From the NCBI GenBank assembly GCA_963786935.1, contig CAWBAN010000005.1, positions 238,642 to 302,641 on the forward strand: DNA of 64,000 nt, read 5' to 3'. A program made the translations under genes and the position numbers. Origin of the DNA: an uncultured bacterium (lineage in GTDB: Bacteria > Krumholzibacteriota > Krumholzibacteriia > Krumholzibacteriales > Krumholzibacteriaceae). The notes below the pieces were generated by a model. That model saw only the letters and a list, made by a program, of their open reading frames with translations, searched no databases and was not told the origin of the DNA. Every line of letters begins with the position of its first letter. Position 1 is the first letter of the stretch. Of this stretch, positions 40,351 through 51,656 are shown one piece after another.

Positions 40351-41763
40351 ATGATCATGCGTTCCGTATGCCGAACTGTTCTTCTGTTCTCGCTTCTGCT
40401 TTCGCCGTGCATCGCTCTAGGATGCAGTGATAAGAGCACGAGCCCCGATGATGATAATCCTCCACCTCCGCCTCCAACCGGATTGACGCACCGGTGGAGC
40501 AAAGGCTTCGGCGATGGGCAGGGTCAGGCTGCCAGAGCCGTCGCTTTCGATACCTCGGGAAACGTGATCGTCACGGGATACTTCGGTGGCGCCCTTGATT
40601 TCGGCGGCGGCGCGCTGACGAGCGCCGGTCAAACGGACGTCTTCGTTGCCAAGCTCGACACCGCCGGCAACCATCTTTGGAGCAAGCGCTTCGGCGATGG
40701 AGAGTATCAGTCCATTCGAACCGTGGCCGTCGATGTCCAAGGGAACGTTTTTGTGGCCGGATATTTCGAGGGAACCGTTGACTTCGGCGGTGGCACGCTG
40801 ACGAGCGCGGGTGATGGAGACATCTTTTTTGCGAAGTTCGAGTCCGATGGCGCTCACCTCTGGAGCAAACGCTTCGGCGATGTGGATAAGCAGGGTGCCT
40901 TCTCTGTCGCCATAGACGGTTCGGGAGACGTGCTCCTCGCGGGATATTTCGGGGGCGCCGTGGACTTCGGCGGCGGCGCGCTGACGAGCGCGGGCGCATC
41001 GGACATCTTCGTTGCCAGGTTCAAGTCCGACGGCTCTCATCTCTGGAGCAAACGCTTCGGCGATGGGGACTATCAATATGCCTATGCCGTCGCCGTCGAT
41101 GCGTCAGGAAACGTGTTCGTCACGGGACAATTCGCAGGCACCGCTGACTTTGGTGGTGATCCGCTCACGAGTACTGGCGATGCCGACATCTTTATTGCGA
41201 AGTTCGGGTCCGATGGTTCTCACCTCTGGAGCAAGAACTTCGGCGATGGGAGCTATCAGGGGGCCTATACTCTCGCCCTTGATGCCGTGGGAAACGTCAC
41301 GATCGCGGGATCGTTCCAAGGCGCCGTTGATTTTGGGGGCGGTACACTTACGAGTGCGGGTTGGGAGGACATCTTTGTTGCGGCGTTCGGGCCCGATGGC
41401 GCTCATGTCTGGAGCAAGAGCTTCGGCGATGGGGGAGATCAGTCCGCCGAAGCTGTCGCCGTCGACGCCTCGGGAAACGCGATCGTCACGGGGTATTTCT
41501 ACGGCGCCGTTGACTTCGGCGGCGGTGCACTGGCGAGCTCGGGCGGCTGGGATATCTTTGTTGCGGCGTTCGGGCCCGATGGCGCACACCTCTGGAGCAA
41601 GCGCTTTGGGAATGCGAACCATCAGGCAGCTGATGCTGTTGGCATTCATGCCTCGGGAAGTGTGATCCTGGCGGGATATTTCAGCGGCTTCGTTGATTTT
41701 GGCGGCGGCGCGGTTACGAGTGCCGGCGGTGATGACGTCTTTGTTGCGAAGTTCGCCCTGTAG
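40351..41763 (+). CDS. seven-bladed beta-propeller (SBBP-like) lipoprotein
   Basis: Lipobox ALGC, Pro linker, seven WSK.FG...D..GN....G.F.G..DFGGG.LTSAG..D.FVAK repeats. Confidence 0.85.
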   Translation: MIMRSVCRTVLLFSLLLSPCIALGCSDKSTSPDDDNPPPPPPTGLTHRWSKGFGDGQGQAARAVAFDTSGNVIVTGYFGGALDFGGGALTSAGQTDVFVAKLDTAGNHLWSKRFGDGEYQSIRTVAVDVQGNVFVAGYFEGTVDFGGGTLTSAGDGDIFFAKFESDGAHLWSKRFGDVDKQGAFSVAIDGSGDVLLAGYFGGAVDFGGGALTSAGASDIFVARFKSDGSHLWSKRFGDGDYQYAYAVAVDASGNVFVTGQFAGTADFGGDPLTSTGDADIFIAKFGSDGSHLWSKNFGDGSYQGAYTLALDAVGNVTIAGSFQGAVDFGGGTLTSAGWEDIFVAAFGPDGAHVWSKSFGDGGDQSAEAVAVDASGNAIVTGYFYGAVDFGGGALASSGGWDIFVAAFGPDGAHLWSKRFGNANHQAADAVGIHASGSVILAGYFSGFVDFGGGAVTSAGGDDVFVAKFAL

Positions 41764-41806
41764 CGAGGCTGTTGGTATGCCTCTATTCATGAGCAAGGAG
41801 GCTCGA

Positions 41807-42352
41807 ATGATCTGCACGATGCGTTTCTTGTTGGCGGCGCTGCTGATTCCGGCATTGGCCGCCGCGCAGGAGAAGCCCGTTGTCGAAATCGGCACCAACG
41901 CCGGATTTACGATCCTGACCCAGGATGAATCGACGGTCACGTACATCGGCATCCCGGGGCAAGGCTTTCTGCGCCAACCCAGCATGTATGCTTCATTCTT
42001 CACCGGCGGACCGATGCTCATCGATATGCAACTGGGCCTGAGCATCGCAAGCTACGAGAACGGTTCGAGTACAACTATCGGATTCGGGGGGCAGGTAGGA
42101 TATCTCTTCAATGGTCCCACCATGAATTCGCCATTTCTGGCGGCGGAATTGGGAGTTTGGTCAGCGGCAGTCAGCAACGGGTATTCCCATTCTGACAGCG
42201 ACGTCGGCATAGGCGGTAAGATCGGCTATCGCTTTCTGATCGGCAGGAGCGTCGGGCTGCGCCTCGAAGGAGGGTATCGCCGCTGGATGGACTCCGATCT
42301 GAACGAGTTCAAGATCGGTATGGGCCTCGGTGGGATCGTGCACGGTACTTGA
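41807..42352 (+). CDS. small outer-membrane beta-barrel protein
   Basis: Signal peptide, amphipathic strands, GG.IGYRF...GLRLEG.YRR. Confidence 0.65.
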   Translation: MICTMRFLLAALLIPALAAAQEKPVVEIGTNAGFTILTQDESTVTYIGIPGQGFLRQPSMYASFFTGGPMLIDMQLGLSIASYENGSSTTIGFGGQVGYLFNGPTMNSPFLAAELGVWSAAVSNGYSHSDSDVGIGGKIGYRFLIGRSVGLRLEGGYRRWMDSDLNEFKIGMGLGGIVHGT

Positions 42353-42377
42353 AAGCAGCGCAGTAGAGGAGGAGTCT

Positions 42378-42734
42378 ATGAACAACGCACGCCGTTGGTC
42401 GCTCATTCTCGTGATCGCGGGGCTCGTCCTGATGATCGTCGGGGCGATCGATCCGCTCGAGGGATCCCTCGTCATCCTGCCCGGCACCGGGCTGGCCGCG
42501 CTCGGGGCGTATGTCGGAAAGAGCCGCCACCGGGCATTTCTCTTCTATTCCTTCGCGCTCACGGCGATCGGCGTCGGCGCGCTGTTCGCGATGAGCGCCG
42601 TCGGAGGCTTCGGGGGATCCACCGGCCGCTCGTATTGGTGGGCTCTCGTCTGCCTGCCGTATCCGATCGGCTGGATCATGGGTATCGTCGGGGTCGTCCG
42701 GACGCTGCGCGAACGCCCGCCGTCTCCGGCATGA
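42378..42734 (+). CDS. membrane hypothetical protein
   Basis: GGAGGAG RBS, about four TM segments. Confidence 0.7.
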   Translation: MNNARRWSLILVIAGLVLMIVGAIDPLEGSLVILPGTGLAALGAYVGKSRHRAFLFYSFALTAIGVGALFAMSAVGGFGGSTGRSYWWALVCLPYPIGWIMGIVGVVRTLRERPPSPA

Positions 42735-42748
42735 GAAAAGGTGGATGA

Positions 42749-43531
42749 ATGGATCTGGGAATCAAAGGCAAAACAGCGCTCCTGATGTCGAGCACGCGCG
42801 GGCTCGGGTTCGGCTGCGCCGCGGCGCTGGCGGCCGAGGGAGCGAACGTCGTAATCAACGGCCGCGACGCGCGGCGGGGGATCGAAGCCGCGGCGAAGCT
42901 GGGCGGCGCGGCGCATTTCGTGCAGGCCGACGTGAGCCGGCCCGCCGAGCGCGCGCGCCTCTTCGCGGAGGCGCGTGAACGCTTCGGGGCCATATCGATC
43001 CTCGTTACCAACGTCGACGGCCCGCCGCCGGGGACATTCATGAGCAAGAGCGCGGAGGACTGGCAGAAGGCTTTCGAACTGATCATGCTCTCCGCGCTGG
43101 ACATGGTCCGGCGGTGCCTCCCCGAAATGATCGGGGCGCGGTACGGCCGCATCGTCAACATCAGCTCGACCTCCGCCAAGGAGGTCACCCTCGGCGCGCC
43201 GCTCGCGAACGGCATCAAGCCCGGGCTCGTGGGCGCCCTCGGAGCGCTCGCCCGCGAGATCGCGACGACGGGGGTGACGGTGAACAGCATTCTGCCCGGG
43301 CCGTTCGACACGGATCTGCTGCGGCGATTCGCGCCGCATGCCGATCGGGCGCCATGATCTCCCGCCGGATGAGGCCCTGCGGCTCTACACCGCGCAAGGG
43401 CCCGATGAAACGGCTCGGGCGCCATCGAGGAGTTCGGCGCATTGTGCGCGTTCCTGTGCTCGCGCCAGGCGGGCTACATCACCGGTCAGAGCATCGTCAT
43501 CGACGGCGGCCAAACGCCGGCGCTGCTGTAA
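42749..43531 (+). CDS. SDR oxidoreductase with several frameshifts at about 43340-43425
   Basis: MDLGIKGK, GLG, GRIVNISS, VNSILPG; C-terminus (PMKRLG, EEFG..CAFLCS..AGYITGQSIVIDGG) lies in shifted frames. Confidence 0.8.
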
Positions 43532-43557
43532 CGCCGGGGGAAGGGGGGCGCTCCATC

Positions 43558-44414
43558 ATGTTGAAGATGATCCTTTGGGTTGTCGCTATCCTCGCGGTCG
43601 CGGCGGCGGCCGCGATCCTCTACGGCAGGCACCGCTGGGAATCCGGCACGAACGAGCTGCTCGCCCGGCTCGAGGCGGGGCGCCGGGCCGTCGAGCCCGC
43701 GACGTATGACGCGCGCGAGCTCGACAGTCTCCCCGCGCCCGTGCAGCGCTATTTCCGCACGGTGATGCACGATGCGCAGCCGATGATCTCCGCGGTCACG
43801 GTCGAGCACACGGGCGTCTTCAACATGGGGGAGAAGGCCGACAACTGGAAGGAGTTCACCTCGAAGCAGCGGGTGATGACGCAGCGCCCCGGATTCCTCT
43901 GGGATGCGCGCGTCGTCGTGGCGCCCGGCCTCTCCGTGTACGTGCACGACGCGTACGTCGGGGGCGAGGGCATCCTGCACCCGACCTTGCTCGGGCTCTT
44001 CACGATCATGAACCTGCGCGGCACGCGCGACGTCGCGGAGGGAGAGCTCATGCGCTTCCTCGCCGAGGCGGCCTGGTATCCGACGGCGCTCCTGCCGAGC
44101 CAGGGTGTGCGGTGGGAAGCGGTGGATGATTCCTCGGCCCGCGCGACGCTCGTTGACGGCGACGTCTCGTTGACCATGCTTTTCACCTTCGATCGACAGC
44201 GGGGCGGATCGCTTCGACGCGCGCCGAGGCCCGCGGGCGGGTCGTCGCGGGAAAAGCGGTCCCCACGCCGTGGGAGGGCCGCGTGTGGGATTACGAAATG
44301 CGGGACGGAATGCTCGTGCCGCTGAGAGGCGAGGTCGCCTGGATCCTGCCCGAGGGGCCGAAGCCCTACTGGCGCGGCAGGATCGAGCAGCTGGAATACG
44401 AGTTCGCGCGCTGA
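43558..44414 (+). CDS. DUF6544-like exported protein, frameshifted at about 44190-44225
   Basis: LPAPVQRYF, PGFLWDA, GELMRFLAE..WYPTALLP; tail (PTPWEGR..Y...VP..GEVAW...PYWRG) in another frame. Confidence 0.7.
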
Positions 44415-44510
44415 GGGGCGATCGGCTCCGGGCTCGCGAACGGCGCCGTAACCATCTGAAAAAATCTCCATCAAGGGAACTTTCGGCCGGAGTTATATGT
44501 ACACTACCAT

Positions 44511-46792
44511 ATGCATAATAAACGGAAGCTATTCTGGATTCTATTCTTGGGATTTCTCATTCAGGGAAACGGCGTCGCGCGGGGCCAGACGGACGGGGCG
44601 ATCGCCGGATGGGGCAACCAGATCATCGTCGAGCCCGGCGAGCTCGATGATCTGACGGCCGTCGCGGGCGGCGGGGCCCACAGCCTCGGGCTCAGGTCCG
44701 ACAGCAGCGTCGTCGCCTGGGGATGGAACAGCTACGGCCAGTGCAGGGTCCCCTATCCGAACGCCGGCTTCATCGCCGTCGCGGGAGGGCTATTACCACA
44801 GCCTCGGGCTCAAGGCCGACGGAACGATCGTCGCCTGGGGGAGAAACGTCGAGGGTCAGCGCGTCGTTCCCTCGCCCAACGCCGATTTCATCGCCGTCGC
44901 GGGAGGCGGGGTTCACAGCCTCGGGCTCAAATCGAACGGATCGATCGTGGCGTGGGGGGACGACAGCCGCGGCCAGTGCGACGTCCCCGCGCCCAACGCC
45001 GGTTTCCTCGCCGTCGGGGCAGGGACGTACCACAGCCTCGGGCTCAAGTCCGACGGATCTATCGCGGCCTGGGGCGACAACAGCTACGGTCAGTGCGACG
45101 TCCCCGCGCCCAACGCGGATTTCATTGCCATCGGGTGGGGCGATAATCACAGCCTCGGGCTCAAGTCCGACGGAACGATCGTCGCCTGGGGGTACAACTA
45201 TTACGGCCAATGCAACGCCCCTGCGCCGAGCACCCGCTTCGTGGCCGTCGCGGGAGGCAAGTATCACAGCGTGGGCCTCGAATCCGACGGGACGATCGTC
45301 ACGTGGGGGTGGAGCAGCGACGGCCAGTGCGTCGTTCCCTCGCCCAACGCCGGCTTCTCCGCCGTCGCGGCCGGCAGATATCACAGCCTGGGCCTCAAGT
45401 CGGACGGGACGGTTCTGGCCTGGGGCGATAACGACTGCGGCCAGTCCGGCATCCCCGCGCCCAATGCCGACTTCACGGCCATCTCCGCGGGAAACTTTCA
45501 CAGCCTGGGGCTCAGATCCGATGGCTCGATCGCGGCCTGGGGGAACGATCTTTCCGGCCAGTGCGCCGTCCCCTGGCCGAATGCCGATTTCACGGCCGTC
45601 GCGGCGGGGGTTTATCACAGTCTCGGGCTCAAGTCCGACGGCTCGATCGCGGCCTGGGGGTGGGACAACTACGGATCGTGCACCGTCCCGGCGCCCAATA
45701 CCGGCTTCATCTCCGTCGCGGCCGGCAATTTTTACAGTCTCGCTCTCAAATCGGGCGGAACGATCGCGAGCATGGGGCAACAACGATTACGGCCAATGCG
45801 ACGTCCCCGCGCCGAACGCGGGTTTCACGGCCGTCGCGGGATGTTACAACAGCAGCCTCGGGCTCAGATCCGACGGAACGATCGCGGCCTGGGGCGACAA
45901 CAGCTACGGTCAGTGCGACGTCCCCGTGCCCAACGCCGATTACGTAGCCGTCGCCGCGGGGTATTTCCACAGCCTTGGGCTCAAATCCGACAGCACGGTC
46001 GTCGCCTGGGGCAAGAACGACTACGGCCAGTGCGACGTTCCCTGGCCGAACGCCGGCTTCGTAGCCGTCGCGGCCGGGTACGATCACAGCGTCGGGCTCA
46101 AGTCCGACGGAACCGTCGTGGCGTGGGGGCGGAACAACTACGGCCAGTGCACCGTCCCCGAATCCAGCGCCGGCTTCGCCGCGATAGCCGCGGGCGGGGG
46201 ATTCAGCCTGGGCCTGCGGGCGAGACATTCAAACGCCGTCGCGTTCGCCGGCATCGAGGCCGATTCCCGGGAAGGCGCGATCGTGCTTCGATGGGAGACC
46301 GCGTCGGACGAAGCGCTGAAGGGATTCCGGCTGTATCGCGCGCCGCGCCCCGGGGATTTCTCGTGCATCACCGCGAACCTGCTTCCGAGGGACGCGAGAA
46401 CCTACGAGGACCGGGCGATCGAACCCGCGACTGAATATCGCTACGCGGTAGCTGCCGTCACGCCGGACGGCCGTGAAATCCGCTCGCCCGAGGTGGTCGT
46501 CCGCGGCGTCGCTTCGCCGCTCGCGCTCGATCAGAACGTTCCCAATCCATTCAATCCGCAAACGGCGATCGGATTTTCTCTGCCGGCTCCCGAACGCGTG
46601 CGGCTCGACGTCTACGATATCGGCGGGCGTCTCGTGCAGCGGCTCGTCGACGGGTCCATGCGGGCGGGGCGTCATCGGATCGAATGGAACGGCAGGGACG
46701 CCGGGGGGCGGGAGGCCGCTTCGGGCGTCTATTTCTATCGGCTGACCGCCGGCAAGCGGACCCTCTCGCGCAAAATGATTCTCTTGCGATAA
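44511..46792 (+). CDS. RCC1/BLIP-II-repeat secreted protein with FlgD-type C-terminal domain; two frameshifts
   Basis: Signal peptide; 14 repeats of 39 aa (AVA.G..HSLGL.SDG.I.AWG.N..GQC.VP.PN); PNPFNP...WNG.D..G..SGVYFY tail; extra bases near 44788 and 45769. Confidence 0.85.
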
Positions 46793-46816
46793 ATTTTCCT
46801 GGAGAGAGACAGCAAT

Positions 46817-47359
46817 ATGAACATCGGGATCGTAGCCCTCGCCGTGTTGACCGCGTTTTCCGTCGATTCACTGGGGATGACGGCTCCGCCGGATTCGGGA
46901 ACCGTCGGTTCCGCATCCGATTGTCCGCCCGCGCGCGGCGTGGGAACGATCGCCCCGGCGATCACGATCCGCTCGATGACCATCGCCGTCAACGGCGTCG
47001 AGCGAACGGTGAGCGGCGACGATACGCTGCGTGTGTCGGCCGGCGACGTGATTAGGCTCAGGGCGGCGGCGATCTGCATCGAGCCGTTTTCGGGCGACGG
47101 CGGAAGATTCTGCGTCGACATTTCCCCGACCGATCGAAGCGGGGCGGCGATCTTTTCCGAACATAAGGGCACGCACATGATGCCCGTCGAGCCCGGCGTC
47201 GTCGAGCTCTCGGGGCTCGAATTCGAGTGGACCGTCGGCGATGACTGGAAGAATCTGGCGGCGGTCGTGAACCACTGGACGCCGGGAAAGAGCCGGGATC
47301 TCGAGTGCGCCGACGGGCTCTGCGAGCGCGACGACAGGGTGATCATCGAGCTTCGATAA
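46817..47359 (+). CDS. exported hypothetical protein
   Basis: Signal peptide, GGAG RBS, coherent ORF. Confidence 0.6.
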   Translation: MNIGIVALAVLTAFSVDSLGMTAPPDSGTVGSASDCPPARGVGTIAPAITIRSMTIAVNGVERTVSGDDTLRVSAGDVIRLRAAAICIEPFSGDGGRFCVDISPTDRSGAAIFSEHKGTHMMPVEPGVVELSGLEFEWTVGDDWKNLAAVVNHWTPGKSRDLECADGLCERDDRVIIELR

Positions 47360-47406
47360 CGCAATATCAGCATCGGGTCATTCACCGAAATCCAATGGAG
47401 GTACGT

Positions 47407-47772
47407 ATGGACGGCTCTGAACGCGCGGCGGCGAAGATTCACGAGATTCAGCGCGACCGACAGGAAGCCCACAGCTTCTTCTACGAGAAATCGGATGTCT
47501 ACCGGACGTTCGTCGAGCTCGAGAAGAAGACGTTCAAGGACGGCTCGCTCAAGAAGAAGCACAAGGAGCTCATCGCCATCGGCATCTCGCTCGTCAACTC
47601 CTGCGAGTCCTGTCTCGAATGGCATATCAAGCAGGCGCTCGACGCGGGCGCCACGCAGGATGAGATCATCGAAGCGATCGAGGTCGGATTCGAAATGGGA
47701 ATCGGGCCGACGACGGTGACGAGCAGATTCGCCATGAAGGTGCTCAAGCACTACCATGACGAGGCCAAATAG
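47407..47772 (+). CDS. carboxymuconolactone decarboxylase / AhpD-like protein
   Basis: KELIA.GIS...CESCLEWH...A..AGAT..EI.EAI. Confidence 0.9.
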   Translation: MDGSERAAAKIHEIQRDRQEAHSFFYEKSDVYRTFVELEKKTFKDGSLKKKHKELIAIGISLVNSCESCLEWHIKQALDAGATQDEIIEAIEVGFEMGIGPTTVTSRFAMKVLKHYHDEAK

Positions 47773-47820
47773 GGAACGCGGGCGTCGCCGGGCGCGGCGC
47801 CGACTCCGGCGCCGGCGATC

Positions 47821-47849
47821 TTGACGTTCCCCCGGTCCTCCTGTATGCT
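47821..47849 (+). promoter_or_regulatory. sigma70 promoter
   Basis: TTGACG-17-TATGCT. Confidence 0.55.
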
Positions 47850-47911
47850 GCTGGCGTTCGAAACAATCGCATAATCCAGCGTGTGCGGATGGCGCCGGCC
47901 GGAGGGATGTC

Positions 47912-48385
47912 ATGGATCGCGTCGATATCGTCATTGAACGCAAAACGTCGTATTCGGGAAGCATCGTCGGGACCCTGAGCGTCAACGGCGATCGCGTCTG
48001 TTACACGCTGGAGCTCCCGTGGATCTGGAACGAGAAGGGCGTGAGCTGCGTGCCGAACGGGCGCTACTCCGCGTTCCTCCGCTACGACAAGGGCGACAAG
48101 TGGAGGATCCAGCTCATCAACGTGCCGGGCCGGACCGGCGTGCAGATTCACATGGGGGCCTATCCGCGGCACACGAAGGGATGCGTGCTCGTCGGGACGA
48201 GCACGGGAGCGAATCAAGTCCTGGGATCCGGCTCCGCCTACCGGCGGCTCAAGCGGGCGTTCTACGGCGCCGTCCAGGCGTCGCAGAGCCCGGATATGAA
48301 CATCACCGTGGAATTCAAGGGCATTCAGGCGACGCCGTGGGGCGATTTCGCCGGGAGCGGCGGCGGCCCCGATCGCCGCGCGTGA
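47912..48385 (+). CDS. DUF5675-like protein (L,D-transpeptidase-like fold)
   Basis: G.L......CYTLELPW..N....SCVP.G.Y; VPGR.G..IH.G....T.GC.LVG. Confidence 0.8.
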   Translation: MDRVDIVIERKTSYSGSIVGTLSVNGDRVCYTLELPWIWNEKGVSCVPNGRYSAFLRYDKGDKWRIQLINVPGRTGVQIHMGAYPRHTKGCVLVGTSTGANQVLGSGSAYRRLKRAFYGAVQASQSPDMNITVEFKGIQATPWGDFAGSGGGPDRRA

Positions 48386-48411
48386 TCGTGCGTGTTAAGG
48401 AGATATCCGTT

Positions 48412-50714
48412 ATGGACCACAGTCCCGCTCAGTCGGCCATCAATCGCATCGCCTTCATCGGCAACTACCTGCCGCGCCAGTGCGGCATCGCCACCTTCAC
48501 CACCGATCTGTGCGAGGCCATCGCCGCCGAATACCGCGGCACGACGTGCATCGCCCTGCCCGTCAACGATACCGACGACGGGCTACGACTACCCGCCCCG
48601 CGTGCGCTTCGAGCTGACCGAGAAGGACATCGACTCGTACCGCCGCGCCGCCGACTTCCTGAACATCAACAACGTCGACCTGGTCTGCCTGCAGCACGAA
48701 TACGGCATCTTCGGCGGGCGGGCGGGCAGCCACATCCTGGCGCTGCTGCGCGAACTGCGCATGCCCATCGTCACGACCCTGCACACCATCCTGCGCGAGC
48801 CCGATCCCGACCAGCGGCGGGTGCTGGAGGAGATCGGCGGCCCTGTCCGACCGGCTGGTGGTCATGAGCGAGCGCGGCGCGGAGTTCCTGCAGGAGATCT
48901 ATCGGCGTGTCGCCGGAGAAGATCGACCTGATCCCGCACGGCATCCCGGACGTGCCGTTCGTCGATCCGAGCTTCCACAAGGACCTGTTCGGCGTCGAGG
49001 GCAAGATCGTCCTGCTCAGCTTCGGCCTGCTCTCGGCGAACAAGGGCATCGAGAACGTCATCGCCGCCCTGCCCGCGATCGTGGCGCGCTACCCGAACGT
49101 GGTGTACATCATCCTCGGCGCGACCCATCCGCACGTGATGCAGAACGAGGGCGAGACGTACCGGCTGTCGCTGCAGTGGCTGGCCCAGGAAAAAGGCGTG
49201 GAAGGCCAACGTCATCTTCTACAACCGGTTCGTCAGCCTGGAAGAGCTGATCGAGTTCATCGGCGCGGCGGACATCTACATCACGCCCTATCTCAACGCT
49301 GCGCAGATCACCTCGGGCACGCTGGCCTATACGGTGGGCGCGGGCAAGGCCGTGATCTCGACGCCGTACTGGTACGCCGAAGAGATGCTGGCCGACGGAC
49401 GCGGCGCTCTGGTGCCGTTCCAGCGATCCGGCGGCGCTGGCCGAAGCAGGTGATCGACCTGCTGGACAACGAAGCCAAGCGGCACGCCATGCGCAAGCGC
49501 GCGTATCTGTTCGGCCGGGAGATGATCTGGCCGCAGGTGGCCCGCCGGTACATGGAGAGCTTCGAGCGCGCCCGCGCCGAGCGCCGGCATTTCGTCCCGC
49601 CCGGGCTTCACGGTCAAGCGCGCTCGACCAGCATCCGGGCGAACTGCCGCCGCTCAAGCTCGATCACCTGCGCCACATGACCGACGAGACCGGCATGCTG
49701 CAGCACGCCATCTTCACCGTGCCCAACTACCGCGAGGGCTACACGACCGACGACAACGCCCGCGCCTTGATGGTCAGCGCGCTGCTGGAGGCCCTGGGCG
49801 AGCGGCGAGGCGCTCGAGCTGGCGTCGCGCTATCTCGCGTTCATCTGGTACGCCTTCAACACCGAGACCGGACGCTTCCGCAACTTCATGGACTATCAGC
49901 GCCACTGGCTGGAAGACGGCGGTTCCGACGACAGCCACGGCCGCGCGCTCTGGGCGCTGGGCACGGTGCTGGGCCGTTCGAACACGGCCGCCCTGCAGAG
50001 CATGGCCGGGTCGCGTGTTCGAGCAGGCGCTGCCCGCCATTCTCGACACGACCAGCCCGCGCGCGTGGGCCTTCGCGCTGATCGGCATCCACGAGTATCT
50101 TCAGCGCTTCGCCGGCGACCGCCGGGCCGGCCAGGTGCGCGAGGAGCTGGCCGGGCGGCTGCTGGCGTTGTATCAGAAGCAACCGCGCGGACGACTGGCG
50201 CTGGTTCGAGCCGGGGTCTGACCTATTGCAACGCCGCGCTGCCCCACGCGCTGCTCATGTGCGGCCAATCGATGCCGAACGCCGCCATGACCGAGGCCGG
50301 ACTGGAATCGCTCGCCTGGCTGAGCGCGGTGCAGCGCGGCGACGGCGACGCGGGCCACTTCGTCCCGATCGGCTCCAACGGCTTCTACGTGCGCGGCGGC
50401 GAGCGGGCCCGATTCGATCAGCAGCCGGTCGAGGCGCAGGCCATGGTCTCGGCCTGCCTCGAAGCCTACCGGATCACGGGCGACAGGCGCTGGCGCAAGG
50501 AAGCGCGCCGCGCCTTCGAATGGTTCCTCGGCCGCAACGACCTGAATCTGCCGATCTACGACCCGACCACCGGCGGCTGCCGCGACGGCCTGCATCCCGA
50601 CCGTCGCGAACGAGAATCAGGGCGCGGAATCGACCCTGGCGTTTCTCCAGGCCTTGCTGGAACTGCGGCTGGCCGAGAACGTTCCGCCGACCGATGGAGG
50701 CACGACCTCAATGA
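48412..50714 (+). CDS. GT4 glycosyltransferase with C-terminal helical domain; many frameshifts
   Basis: [61 protein letters not shown] across shifting frames. Confidence 0.85.
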
Positions 50715-51656
50715 ACGATCGACATCCCGAGCTCTTTCGCCGCCACAAGCTCAATCCCATCCTGACCGCCGCCGATTGGCCCTACCCGATCAACAGCGTG
50801 TTCAACCCCGGCGCGACGCTGCTGCCGCGACGGCACGACCCTGCTCCTCTGCCGCGTGGAGGATCGGCGCGGCCATGTCCCACCTGTGCGCGGCCCGCTC
50901 GGCCAACGGCGTGGACGGCTGGCGGATCGATCCGCAGCCCACGCTGCCGGCCGATCCCGGAACCATCCCGGAAGAGCTGTGGGGCATCGAGGACCCCCGC
51001 ATCACCTACGTCCCCGAACTCGGCAAGTACGCCGTCGTCTACACCGCCTACACGCACGACGGTCCCGGCGTCGCCCTGGCGCTCACCGAGGATTTCCGCG
51101 ACTTCGAGCGCTTCGGCATCATCATGCCGCCGGAGGATAAGGACGCCGCCCTGCTGCCGCGCCGGATCGGCGGACCACTGGGCGCTGATCCATCGCCCGG
51201 TGAGCGCGCCGCGCGCGCACATGTGGATTTCGTACTCGTCCGATCTGCGGCACTGGGGCAGCCACAAGCTGATGCTGGAGGCCCGGCAGGGCGCATGGTG
51301 GGATGCGAACAAGATCGGCCTCTCGCCGCCGCCCATCGAGACCCCGCAGGGCTGGCTGGTGATCTACCACGGCGTGCGGCAAACCGCGGCCGGCTGCATC
51401 TACCGGCTCGGGCTGGCCCTGTTCGATCTGCACACGCCGGAGCGCTGCCTGAAACGCGGCAGACGAATGGATCTTCGGCCCGGAAGAGCCCTACGAGCAG
51501 CGCGGCGACGTGGGCAACGTCGTCTTTCCGTGCGGGTACACGCTGGCTCCCGACGGCGACACGCTCCGCCTGTACTACGGCGCGGCGGATTCGAGCATCG
51601 CCCTGGCCACCGGCAGCATTCGCGCCATGCTCGAGTGGCTGGAGCGGCAGCCATGA
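50711..51656 (+). CDS. GH130-like glycosidase/phosphorylase; several frameshifts
   Basis: NPIL, VFNPGA, GIEDPRI, DKDA.L, KIG...PPI.T..GWL.IYHGV, VVFPCG, YYGAAD. Confidence 0.85.

Noticed and set aside
44511..46230. Diversity-generating retroelement target/template
   Set aside because: No reverse transcriptase in the window; repeats are in-frame protein blades and differences are not adenine-specific
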